Assembly (NCBI GenBank): GCA_964016885.1
Contig: OZ024760.1
Coordinates: forward strand, 21,886,001 to 21,950,000
Length of the DNA stretch: 64,000 nucleotides
Direction of reading: 5' to 3'
Source of the DNA: Eledone cirrhosa
Lineage: Eukaryota
The position numbers and the translations under genes are program-made. Positions 23,480 to 35,829 of the stretch are shown piece after piece; within the stretch, counting starts at the first letter, position 1; the number at the start of each line of letters is the position of its first letter. A model generated the notes under the pieces. It saw only the letters and a program-made list of their open reading frames with translations. It searched no databases and was not told where the DNA came from.

Positions 23480-24032
23480 CTGCCAACTCGTTTTCGAGTA
23501 CGGCCACTACTTTATATTCATGTAGGAGAACTCTTACCGATGCGCTGAACGAGTGTGACGTTTTAGTCCAGCCAGCGACTTGAAAACTCTGGTACAGACA
23601 CTACACTTGTGACAATTATTGACACATAGTGCTGGGCCCATGGTACCTTGTGACGACAAGTGCAGAGAGATCTCCAGATATAAAGCAATGCCTGTGTCGT
23701 GAAGCTTTTATAGTGAGCGAAGGCATTGCACAAAGCCAGTCCCACTCTCTTAACCAAGGTGATATTTACCAAAAAGAAGAACAAGTCAACATCATTGGAT
23801 ACCATCAGGGTTGCAGGTGTTATATCAGAGTTTTCCTTCTCCTAGAATTCTGCCTTGACAAAGGCTAAGGGGTCATCTCTCCCGGTGATTTTGGATGGCC
23901 ATTGACTCTTAAGAGCTCCTTTGCCCTTTGACAGGTTTTGTTTTTAGTCCTGCAGGATGTCCAAAGTCACCCTCCTCACCAAGAAACCTTGGTGGGGTTG
24001 CTAGTTTAGTCGTCAACGACCCGACCATGAGA
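23480..24032 (-). mobile_element. Dispersed repeat resembling an RTE 5'-region-derived non-autonomous element
   Basis: 23745-24030 is near-identical (reverse complement) to 45758-46032, with a diverged copy at 59118-59520. Classification is inferred. Confidence 0.65.
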
Positions 24033-24857
24033 CAGTTTGTACTGGGATACATGTTACCAGTAGCACATATATATACATAGATACATAGATACATAGATAC
24101 ATATATACAGACATACATATATACATACACATACGTATATACATACACATACGTATATACATACGTATATACATACACATACGTATATACATACGTATAT
24201 ACATACACATACGTATATACATACACATACGTATATACATACACATACGTATATACATAGATACATATATACATAGATACATATATACATAGATACATAT
24301 ATACAGACACTATATATATACATAGATACATATATACAGACATATATATATATATATATACATAGATACATATATATATATATATATATACATAGATACA
24401 TATATATATATATATAATATACACACGCACGCATATATATATATATACACATATATATATAATATACACACGCACGCATATATATATATACACATATATA
24501 TATAATATACACACGCACGCATATATATATATACATATATATACATATATACACACGCACGCATATATATATATACATATATATACACATATATACAGAC
24601 ACACACATATATATATACATACATATAATACATACATATATATATATATATAATACACACACACATATATATATACATACATATAATACATACATATATA
24701 TATATATATAATACACACACACATATATATATATATATATAATACACACACACACACATATATACATATATACACATACACAATCACACATATATACATA
24801 TATACACATATACATACATATGAGTGAGCGCATGTGTGTGTAAGTGTGTAAGTGTGT

Positions 24858-24941
<84 letters not shown>

Positions 24942-25694
24942 GCGTACACAAGTTATGAAATCTAACATGTTTTCTCAACGATTTCTTGCCCGGGGGTGTT
25001 ACACAGAAGAGCACCAGATACAGTTTCACAGATACATACACACACATACACTCCCAGACACACACACACACATACACTCCCACACACACCACATACTCCC
25101 ACACACTCACACACATACACACACATACCCCCCCCCCCACACACACACACCCATACACCCTCACACACAATGCAGAAATGCACACACACACTCATACAGT
25201 GTATTGGTATGAAATGTCTAGTTATTGATGGTTCACCAGTTTGAGAACTTAAATGTTAACATGTGGATGTTGGTACCGATGTAGGATTCTAAGTTTGTAT
25301 CTTCCCCACTGTCTTTACACACAGACAGGGCCAGATTTAATGGGGACACACACACACAAGAGGAGCAATTACCCCCCCCCCCCCCTGCATTGGAAGGCTC
25401 CACCAGTGACAACCTTAGCAATTTATTTGTGCCCTCAGCTGAGCTTTTTAGTTTTAGGGTGGTTAGAATTTTTTAATTTAGTAGCTGTATACGAGGATGT
25501 AAAACTTTACAATTCCATTTACTTGCGCCAAGTTAACCTTGATACGTAAAGTTGTTTGCTAAAGTTCATGTCTAAGTTAGTAGTTTTTTGCTGAATCGGC
25601 AGTCTGAGGGGCAGATTGATAATAGATTTGGGACAATAAATGTTATGAGTGACCCTGAGTCAATATTCGTAGAAAGGCACGTAACAGGTCGATA

Positions 25695-26100
25695 TATAAT
25701 AATAGTTTCTACTTTTTGGCACAAGGCCAGCAATTACATCAGTGTATTACTGGTACTTTATTTTATCGACCGCCGTAAGGATGAAAGGCAAAGTTAACCT
25801 CGGCGGGATTTGAACTCAGATCATAAATTTGAACTCAGATAATAATTGTTTCTACTTTTTGGCACAAGGCCAGCAATTATCTCAGTGTATTACTGGTACT
25901 TTATTTTATCGACCCCGTAAGGATGAAAGGCAAAGTTTACCTCGGCGGGATTTGAACTCAGATAATAATTGTTTCTACTTTTTGGCACAAGGCCAGCAAT
26001 TACCTCAGTGTATTACTGGTACTTTATTTTATCGACCCCGTAAGGATGAAAGGCAAAGTTAACCTCGGCGGAATTTGAACTCAGAATGGAAAGGGCCGTT
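25695..26100 (-). repeat. Tandem triplication of the 3' ~120 bp of SINE family B
   Basis: TTTCTACTTTTTGGCACAAGGCCAGC..GAACTCAGA repeated from ~25705, 25849 and 25971. Confidence 0.85.
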
Positions 26101-26573
26101 ACTAGTAGTTCTCTTTTTCTAGTAGTGTTATCGATGCTCAGAGAGTGGGATTGGTCGAGTGCAAGGACTTTCCCCACTTAAAAAATCCTTCAAACCACAG
26201 GCATTGCTTGTTCAGGATATGTTACAGGTTTGTGTGACTAGCCGTAGCCTAAAAGTGCACCAAACTCTGTAATCTAACAAGTGATTGCAATACCCTTAAC
26301 AGAGTTTGCAGCTATCATGTATATAACGGCATTCCTATGTTTTAACGACAATACAACTTTCTCCGGCTTAGCCTGTTCCCCCTCTTTTGGAACTTTCCCT
26401 CCGTTGATGGGCGTGAGCCCGAAATATTGGGATTAAATCTCCACTACGGTAACCCTTCTACCTTTGTTTTGTTTTCGTTTTTTCGTTTCTCTCAATTTTC
26501 ACTTTTCTCCTATTTCTCACTCACTTCCTACCTCGAGATTTCCCATCTGCATTGTTGTGGCTTTCTAAACTAC

Positions 26574-26642
<69 letters not shown>

Positions 26643-27204
26643 GTCAAAATTTATAAAACACACTTCGTATTTTATCTGATGATAGCGTACCAACATTTTT
26701 GGTAGAATAAATATGGTTTTATAAATATAGTTTCCATTTATTTAATATCATTGTATATATATATATGGATGAAACATTGTAAGTAAATAAAAACTGTTTG
26801 AGTATGTAAGCGTTCTTTGGTTTCTTTTGCATATAAGAGCTGTGTTCTTGTACATAGAGCGTGTGCGTATGCGTGTGTGTGTGAAAATCGTCAGAAAATC
26901 ACAGCTTTCCTGGTGATTTCATTCGATCAAACAGTTCGAATCTTGTAGAAGCCATTTTTATACAAAATTAGTTATGTACACACACACACATACACACACA
27001 CATACATTTATATATATATATATATATATGTAGGAGGTGAGTATTATTGTAGTACAATAAAGCAATGCAGATATCGGATAAGAAGCACTCTACAGTTTGT
27101 AGGACTGGAGTATACACAGATATTATTGAATGATGATATTTGTTTTTGAAATGCGCATAATAAAATACATGGAACTCTTTTAACCATCTTTTGTTCTTAT
27201 ATAT

Positions 27205-27235
<31 letters not shown>

Positions 27236-27541
27236 ATGCGATGAAATATCAATGATGGTTGGCAAATCACTGACGAAGGACTAATTTTATCATATGTAAC
27301 CCATGTGCAACCACGCAGTATTCTTCTTTCTTCTCATGTTTCATATATATATATATATATAACGAAGGAGATGTGGTAAGGAACCAGATGGACCATAACG
27401 CACCAAAGTACTCAATACTTAGGGTAGTAGAGTGGGTAATAGGAACGAGTAGGACCCCCGACGGCTGAGATCAAGCCGTTTCGACGGCTAATTCTGGACT
27501 CAGTCCAGAATTAGCCGTCGAAACGGAGTCCTACTCGTTCC

Positions 27542-27587
<46 letters not shown>

Positions 27588-27637
27588 GATACGCAATAAA
27601 TATTTTTCATATGTAAACGAAACTTCCTCGTGTTTTC

Positions 27638-27690
<53 letters not shown>

Positions 27691-27880
27691 AAAGTTATAT
27701 TTAAAATTGTTGGGTTACAACTAGTAAATATTTATAACTGATATAAAAGCACTCGACAAATATTTGGAGTATATTTACAATATTAAATAAATGGAAACTA
27801 TATTTATAAAACCTCTCCAAATGGAAGTCGGTGTTATAACGGTATGTCGAATCTATTTATCTATAAAACTGTTTATATTG

Positions 27881-27946
27881 TATTTTGTCTGAGGAAGGCA
27901 TAGCATATTGTTAATATGATATCCCCGAAATATATATAATGAAATA
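27881..27946 (+). ncRNA. Hammerhead motif (CUGAGGA core)
   Basis: TATTTTGT-CTGAGGA-AGG..CATATTGTTAATATG..CCC-GAAA-TATATATA-ATGAAATA. The downstream flank recurs at 26706, 29222 and inverted at 27770-27815. Confidence 0.55.
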
Positions 27947-27987
27947 AATATGGTTTTATAAATATAGTTTCCATTTATTTAATATTG

Positions 27988-28019
<32 letters not shown>

Positions 28020-28299
28020 TACGTATATATAGATTTCTAAAGGACTTTGAAGTTCACGTAATGTTCTATACTATATTAAGACATTATAAGTACCAATTTG
28101 AGATTTCTCACAGATAAAAGAACAGACCCTGTGGCAAGACTCTAAAGAAAACAATACGGTTCTGTCTTAGACATGTTTGTCTGGCGACAGTTTTCGGATT
28201 ATAGAGCGCCTGTACTTTAATTTGCGTAGACACTGCTAAATTAGTCTTTTAGATTATATATACATATATATATATATATATGTGTGTGTGTATGTGGGA

Positions 28300-28407
<108 letters not shown>

Positions 28408-28951
28408 GAATGTATATATATATATGTATATATATATAGATTTGCAAGTGTGTGTGTGTATATATATATATATATGTATATATATGTGTATGTATAATAT
28501 ATATGTATACATATGTGAGTAGGTTTGTATATATATCATGTATTTATATTGTGCATTGTGGGTATATATATATATATATATATGTTTGTGTGTGTGTATG
28601 TGTATATATATATATATATATATACATACACTTACAGACACAAAGACACACACACATATATATATAGATACACACATATACAAATATATTTTCGTGTACA
28701 CACGCAGATTTTCATATATATATGTGTGTGTGTGTGTGTGTGTAAATGTGCGTTTGAACAGCCACATGTATTTGTGTGTGTATGTCTGTATACATATGTA
28801 CCTACATATATATACATATATACCTACATATATATATATACACAAATATATGTGTGTCAGTGTATAATATTACATGTCAAATTATACAATGCAGGAAATA
28901 GTTTAGTATGAAATAAAATACAAACCATGAAAATGAATCATGTGTAACCCG

Positions 28952-28987
<36 letters not shown>

Positions 28988-28999
28988 ACACACACACAC

Positions 29000-29045
<46 letters not shown>

Positions 29046-29313
29046 TTACATATATATATTTCTACATACGTGCATATATATATATGCATATATACATTTC
29101 TACATACGTGCATTTATATATATGCATATATACATATATATATGAAAAAGTTTTATTTAAAATTGTTGGGTTACAACGAAGGCACGCCATATTTTTAATA
29201 TGGTATCCCTGAAATATGTATAATGAAATAAATATGGTTTTATAAATATAGTTTCCATTTGTTTAATATCGTACATATATATATATATATATCTACATTC
29301 GTGTATAACATAC

Positions 29314-29348
<35 letters not shown>

Positions 29349-30089
29349 CATATATATATATTTCACAGACACATATATACACACATACATGTATACACAC
29401 ACACACATATATATATGTATGTACACACACACTCACACACACATATATATATATGTATGTACACACACACTCACACACATATATATATGTATGTACACAC
29501 ACACTCACACACACATATATATATATATACCCACACATACCAGCACATATATATATATATACACACACACACATATATACCCATACACACACACACACAC
29601 GCACCCATACACACACACTATATATATATATTAAGTAAACACCACAGCATGATTTTTGCACTTTTACCAATAACCGAGTTTGAATATAAGAAATCTAATC
29701 TAAAATTACCCCCGTCCCCCCACCCCAGTCTTTCCAGACTTTTTACAGTTAATAATTGTTTCTACTTTAGCCACAAGGCCAGCAATTACACAGTACATTA
29801 CTGGTACTTTATTTTATCGACCCCGTAAGGATGAAAGGCAAAGATAAACCTCGGCGGGATTTGAACTTAGACTGTAAAGGGACGTAACTATGCTAGAAAG
29901 CATGGTAACCAGATAGGACCCTGGATGGTAGTTTCCGTGAAGTGTCGAACAACGTGCTTTATGGCATAGAGGTACCATCCTCTTACTGGATCAATACAGT
30001 ACCAGTAATGCCCAGCGGGTCGAATTAATCGTCTTTCCCGTCTCCAACAAATTGCTGGCCTACTACTATATTATTATTATTATTATTGT

Positions 30090-30355
30090 TCTTTGAGTCT
30101 CAGTCATTGATGTTATTTAACTGGAAAGTTTGTTGAAATGAATATCAAGCCGCTACCTGCAGCCTCAGACATTCAGGACGTATCGGAGGGTTCTTGCTGT
30201 TCCCAGCAAGCATGCCTTTTAGAGTGTTCCAAAAAAGCGGGGCTGGACTAATCTTCTTTAACCATGCTTGGAAACTCTTTGAGATAGTACCTAGTAGTCC
30301 TATAACAATCGGGACGACCTTGATTTCATGGCAGTTCCAAATCCTGGTATCGGTT
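30090..30355 (-). pseudogene. R4/Dong-like RLE LINE 3' fragment
   Basis: RIWNCHEIKVVPIVIGLLGTISKSF matches the C-terminal VVPIVIGALG motif, and it ends at a (TAA)n run (30070-30088). Confidence 0.7.
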
Positions 30356-30410
30356 AATTTTCTCCCTCTCCTTTTCTTCTTCTTCTTCTTCTTATTATTA
30401 TTATTATATC

Positions 30411-31020
30411 GGTGGATTGGCAGTATCGGTAGAGGGTCGGACGCCCTGCTTTGACGCATAGAGTTACAGCCCTTGCCATTATGAGTTCAAATCCCGCCGA
30501 GGTTAACTTTGCCTTTCATCCTTACAGGGTCGATAAAATAAAGTAGCAGTAATGCACTGGGGTCGATTTAATCGACTTTCTTCTCACCAAAATTGTTGGC
30601 CCAGTGTCTAAAATCAGAAACCATTATTGGTGGATTGGCAGTATCGGTAGAGGGCCGGACGCCATGCTTTCCAGCATAGTTACGTCCCTTTACGATCTGA
30701 GTTCAAATTCCACCGAGGTTGACTTTGCCTTTCATCCTTACGGGGTCGATAAAATAAAGTACCAGTAATGCACTGGGTAATTGCTGGCCTTGTGCCTAAC
30801 GTAGAAACAATTATTAAAACTAAGCAGGGCGGTCGATTAGCAGTATCGGTAGAGGGTCAGACACCCTGCTTTGACGCATAGAGTTACGTCCCTTGTCATT
30901 CTGAGTTCAAATCCCGCCGAGGTTAACTTTGTCTTTCATTCTTACGGGCTCGATAAAATAAAGTACCATCAATACACTGGGATAATTGCTGGCCTTGTTC
31001 CAAAAGTAGAAACAATTATT
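30411..31020 (+). mobile_element. Three head-to-tail copies of tRNA-derived SINE family B (Meta-like core)
   Basis: Heads TGGCAGTATCGGTAGAG..GAGTTCAAATCC at ~30411, 30629, 30829. Core GCCTTTCATCCTTACGGGGTCGATAAAATAAAGTACCAG. Tail GGCCTTGTGCCAAAAGTAGAAACAATTATT. Confidence 0.88.
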
Positions 31021-31375
31021 ACAACTAAGCAGATTTTATGTTTTATTGGCCAAGTATTTAACTGGTATAATAATTGTATCCAACCCAGAGTATTTTGTCC
31101 GATATTCTAACGACACTGCCAAAAGCCCTGCACTATTATTTATATAACGTGTGTGGCGTGTCACGGACATCGGTAGCGTGGTGGTGTTGGTGGTGGTAAT
31201 GGATGGGTGGGTTTCGGGTTGTTTGTGGGAATTAGAATACGTGATCAAAAAGGAGATTAGCGCCTTTATATTTCCAGTCACCTCCCATCTGGCTTGATTG
31301 TGTTTCCGATCATCTGGTATCCAATTTCAGGCGTAGACATATCTTACGTCACATTCCGTTAGATACAGAATACGC

Positions 31376-31406
<31 letters not shown>

Positions 31407-31656
31407 TGTGTGTGTGTGTATATATATATATATATTATATATCTATATATATATTATATATATATCTATATATACATATATATATATATAATTAAAATGA
31501 GTTGAAAACTCACAATATTTCCTTATAGTCAAATAAGCTAATGGAAGAGATTCTGAGCTCTTTATATCCCTTATGGTTTGAACACGTGTGTGTGTGTGTG
31601 TGTCTGTGTGTCTGTGTCTGTGTCTGTGTGAGAGAGAGAGAGAGAGACAGAGAGAC

Positions 31657-31693
<37 letters not shown>

Positions 31694-31733
31694 CAGACAC
31701 AGAGACAGAGACAGAGACAGACGCAGAGACAGA

Positions 31734-31765
<32 letters not shown>

Positions 31766-31859
31766 CACACAGAGAGACAGAGAGAGAGAGAGAGAGACAC
31801 ACAGAGAGACAGAGACAGAGACACATAGACAGAGACAGAGAGAGAGATAGAGAGAGAGG

Positions 31860-31917
<58 letters not shown>

Positions 31918-33342
31918 GAGAGACAGACAGACAGACAGAGAGAGAGAGAGAGACAGAGAGAGAGAGACAGAGAGATGGAGGGGTGGGGGTGGGGTGGAGT
32001 ATGTGTGTGTGTGTGTGTGAGAGAGAATATATGTGTATGTGCATTTCTTTTTTTACCAGAGGTTGGTCAACTAACAGAGAACGAAAGAGAACCTCAGACA
32101 GAAACATGAACTTTCTTCTCTAAATATGTATGTAAAACCTAATAATGTTTCTTCTCCATTTTATTATTATTATTCGTATAAATATGCAATTTAACTGCAC
32201 TTTGCACTTTCGCCGTTGAAAAAGCATATAATGCTGAAACCGGTATATGATTAAATGCGGAAATCCCTACTTTATAAATAAATGTTTTGATATTATACTG
32301 AAAAAAATCCCTCCAGCATTTTCTACTGTATGTTTTTCCTTTTTACTCTTTGTTTGTATATATCAACTCATGTGTCACTTTTCTACATTCCATGTATGTA
32401 TGTATGTATGTATGTATGTATGTGAGTGAGTGTGTGGTGTGTGTGTATCAAGTGTTTCCGTAGAAAAGGTAAAGGAAAGAAGAGTGCTCTATGTATAGTA
32501 CAGAGCTATTTAATTACATAATAAACAACACATCATAATTATTCCATTACTATTTCATATGATGAACGGGCCGGGCGTTTCTGTAAAGATCCTCTAGCTT
32601 CTTGAAACCTTTGGTAATGGAATAATTATATTGTGTTGTTTATTAAGTAATGATATGTATGTATGTGTGTATGTATGTGTCTGTGTGTGTGTGTCTGTGT
32701 CTGTGTCTGTGTCTGTGTCTGTGTCTGTGTCTGTGTGTGTGTGTGTGTGTGTGTAAAGCCACCATCAGTCACTAATCACTATGGTTTTGCACCTAGAAAT
32801 TTTTCCTCCGAGGTACAAGCCTGGGCAAGAAAGCGAAGAAGAAGAGTAACAACAACAACAACAACAAATGCCCAAATGCACATCCACATACATGCACGCA
32901 CTTACCCATACACACACATGTACAGATACATATGTATGTGCACATGCACAGATATGCACACGCATACAGATACAGAGTCTTCAATGATAAGCTGTGTCGG
33001 CAAAAATTGTTGTACGACGTGGATCAGATGAGAATAAGGCATTTTCGGGCTCTATATATATATATCAGTAATCGATAAAATAAAGTACCAGTAATACACT
33101 GGGATAATTGCTGGCCTTGTACCAAAAATAGAAACAAATAATATACACTAGACTAAAACGTTTAATTATATTACATTTTAATAAATTAACGCACGTTTCA
33201 TCCAAATTTTAAGCAGATACATATTTAATTGGAATCATCAGAATGAATAAAAAGAAAATATAAAGAAATTAACTCCCCGTAAAAATATGTTGAAGTCAGT
33301 AATTATATATATATAATTACGTAATAAGCAACACAATATAGT

Positions 33343-33416
33343 TATTTCATTACTAAAGGTTTCAGGACACTAGACGATCCTTACAAAAACGCCCAGCTCG
33401 TTCATCAGATGAAATA
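33343..33416 (-). ncRNA. Hammerhead motif with expanded stem II region
   Basis: rc TATTTCAT-CTGATGA-(two hairpins ACGAGCTGGGCGT, AGGA..TCCT)-GAAACCTTTAGTA-ATGAAATA, with an 8-bp stem I. A degenerate sibling lies at 32551-32624 (+). Confidence 0.6.
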
Positions 33417-33640
33417 GTTATGTATTTCTAACTATTCTATCTAACTATTTCTGGATGTTTATGTAAGGATCGTCTAGTCTCCTGAAACCTTTGGTAATGG
33501 AATAATTATATTGTGTTGTTTATTATGTAATTAAATAGCTCTGTACAATACATAGAGCACTCTTCTTTCCTTTACCTTTTGTACGGAAATACTTAACACA
33601 CACACACACACACACACATGGGAAATCCAAGAAACGGATA

Positions 33641-33712
33641 TCTTACCTTCCTGCAAATATCTAACATCAAACATTAAAAACTGCAACTTACCTGGAAAAT
33701 AAGAAAAAAATA
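33641..33712 (-). promoter_or_regulatory. Candidate recursive splice site (3'ss abutting 5'ss) with a 45-nt RS-exon
   Basis: rc TTTTTTTCTTATTTTCCAG|GTAAGT at 33692/33691, with a second donor AAG|GTAAGA at 33647/33646. Confidence 0.5.
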
Positions 33713-33901
33713 AAATTAATATTTTTAATCATTATTATTAATGTAAACAGATAAATTATTATTATTAATGTAAACAGATAAATTATTATTATTAAAATAT
33801 AAATATAATATGTAGATTCCCGAATTGTGTTGGGGTAGCCACAGTTAAAAAAGGTACAAAATACCTTGAGAGTGTAGAATTCTTTATTATAAATATAGAA
33901 A

Positions 33902-34011
33902 TGATATTTACAGGATTAGAAGTGTTTCATTCGTATGAAATCATCAGAAATGTCAACTGTAATCCCTGATGAAGTCAGACGAATGAAACAGTTCTAGTCC
34001 TGTAGATGTCA
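33902..34011. ncRNA. Two divergently oriented hammerhead motifs of one family
   Basis: Minus 33902-33955 and plus 33961-34011 both read CTGATGA..GAATGAAACA(C/G)TTCTA(A/G)TCCTGTA. Relatives occur at 1691-1740 (-), 26904-26952 (+, degenerate) and 63475-63502 (+, partial). Confidence 0.6.
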
Positions 34012-34097
34012 TTACGATATATATATATATGTAGAAGAAGGATGAAAGTGACTAGGTGAGAGAAATAGAGTCAATGATGCAAGTTGGGAAGAGAAAT

Positions 34098-35070
34098 GGA
34101 ATGAGATGGTTGGGTCATGTGTTGAGGGAGGATGAAAGTGATAGGGTGAGAGGAACAGAGCCCGGTGATGGAATGAGATGGTTGGGTCATGTGTTGAGGG
34201 AGGATGAAAGTGATAGGGTGAGAGGAACAGAGCCCAGTGATGGAATGAGATGGTTGGGTCATGTGTTGAGGGAGGATGAAAGTGATAGGGTGAGAGGAAC
34301 AGAGCCCAGTGATGGAATGAGATGGTTGGGTCATGTGTTGAGGGAGGATGAAAGTGATAGGGTGAGAGGAACAGAGCCCAGTGATGGAATGAGATGGTTG
34401 GGTCATGTGTTGAGGGAGGATGAAAGTGATAGGGTGAGAGGAACAGAGCCCAGTGATGGAATGAGATGGTTGGGTCATGTGTTGAGGGAGGATGAAAGTG
34501 ATAGGGTGAGAGGAACAGAGCCCAGTGATGGAATGAGATGGTTGGGTCATGTGTTGAGGGAGGATGAAAGTGATAGGGTGAGAGGAACAGAGCCCAGTGA
34601 TGAAATGAGATGGTTGGGTCATGTGTTGAGGGAGGATGAAAGTGATAGGGTGAGAGGAACAGAGCCCAGTGATGGAATGAGATGGTTGGGTCATGTGTTG
34701 AGGGAGGATGAAAGTGATAGGGTGAGAGGAACAGAGCCCAGTGATGGAATGAGATGGTTGGGTCATGTGTTGAGGGAGGATGAAAGTGATAGGGTGAGAG
34801 GAACAGAGCCCAGTGATGGAATGAGATGGTTGGGTCATGTGTTGAGGGAGGATGAAAGTGATAGGGTGAGAGGAACAGAGCCCAGTGATGGAATGAGATG
34901 GTTGGGTCATGTGTTGAGGGAGGATGAAAGTGATAGGGTGAGAGGAACAGAGCCCAGTGATGGAATGAGATGGTTGGGTCATGTGTTGAGGGAGGATGAA
35001 AGTGATAGGGTGAGAGGAACAGAGCCCAGTGATGGAATGAGATGGTTGGGTCATGTGGTGAGGAAGGATA
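34098..35070 (+). repeat. 72-bp x ~13.5 minisatellite, probably derived from an RTE ORF
   Basis: Near-identical units translate as GMRWLGHVLREDESDRVRGTEPSD. RWLGHVLR is the RTE C-terminal motif. Confidence 0.85.
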
Positions 35071-35597
35071 AGAGTGACTAGGTGAGAAGGAATTGACTGG
35101 GTTAGAGGAGTGAGAGAAATAGGGCCAGTGATGGAATGAAGTAGAACTTATTTTATCGATCATTGGCAAACAGAGAAAGTCTGAATGATAAAGTCGTTCA
35201 ATAAATTTAGGGGGGGGGGGGGAGGTAAACCTAGGACGTAAAAGAATTAAACACAACAACAATAAAAATAAAAACGATTTCTGATTTCTACACAAGGCCA
35301 ACAATGTTGGGGGTAGGGAGTTATTTTATCGACCCCGTAAGGATGAAAGCCCAAGCTAACCATGGCGGAATTTGAACTCAGAAGGTTAAGGGCCGTAACT
35401 CTATACCGCATAGCACACAGTCTGAAAATCTACCACCCTTAATAATAATGATAATATTAATTTAGGCTCAATTGGATCAGACTGCAAAATAAAACCAAAA
35501 GAAAGGAGGATTGATAGAAAGGTGGGTAGATTTTTATCTATCTATCTGGGTAGATGGGTGGAAGGATGGATAGATAAGTAAGTAGGTAGATAGATAC

Positions 35598-35829
35598 ATT
35601 TCTTTATTAGCCACAAGGGCACAAAAGAAGGGGACAAATACAAATGGGGAGTTTACATACAGGTATATGAAAATAAAACTATTAATAAAATAACAAATAA
35701 CAACTGAAATCCCCAATAGGAGGGAGTTGTTACACAGGGGTTGTACACACCCCGAAAAAATGTACAACCCTCATCTCCAGGAGCACCAAGATTGAGTACT
35801 CCCTTCCTCTTTTTCCTCAACCTACAGAA
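35598..35829 (-). mobile_element. 5'-truncated Tx1-family copy (3'UTR only) in a GATA-type repeat
   Basis: Reverse complement is closely similar to 17892-18135, and it is flanked by TAGA repeats. Confidence 0.9.

Noticed and set aside
26395-26432. Degenerate hammerhead TTGATG-GGC GTGA GCCC-GAAATATT (and TTGAAAA..GAAACCGGTA at 32216-32245)
   Set aside because: Catalytic core is mutated and each occurs once, so at most they are decayed remnants and not called as features.
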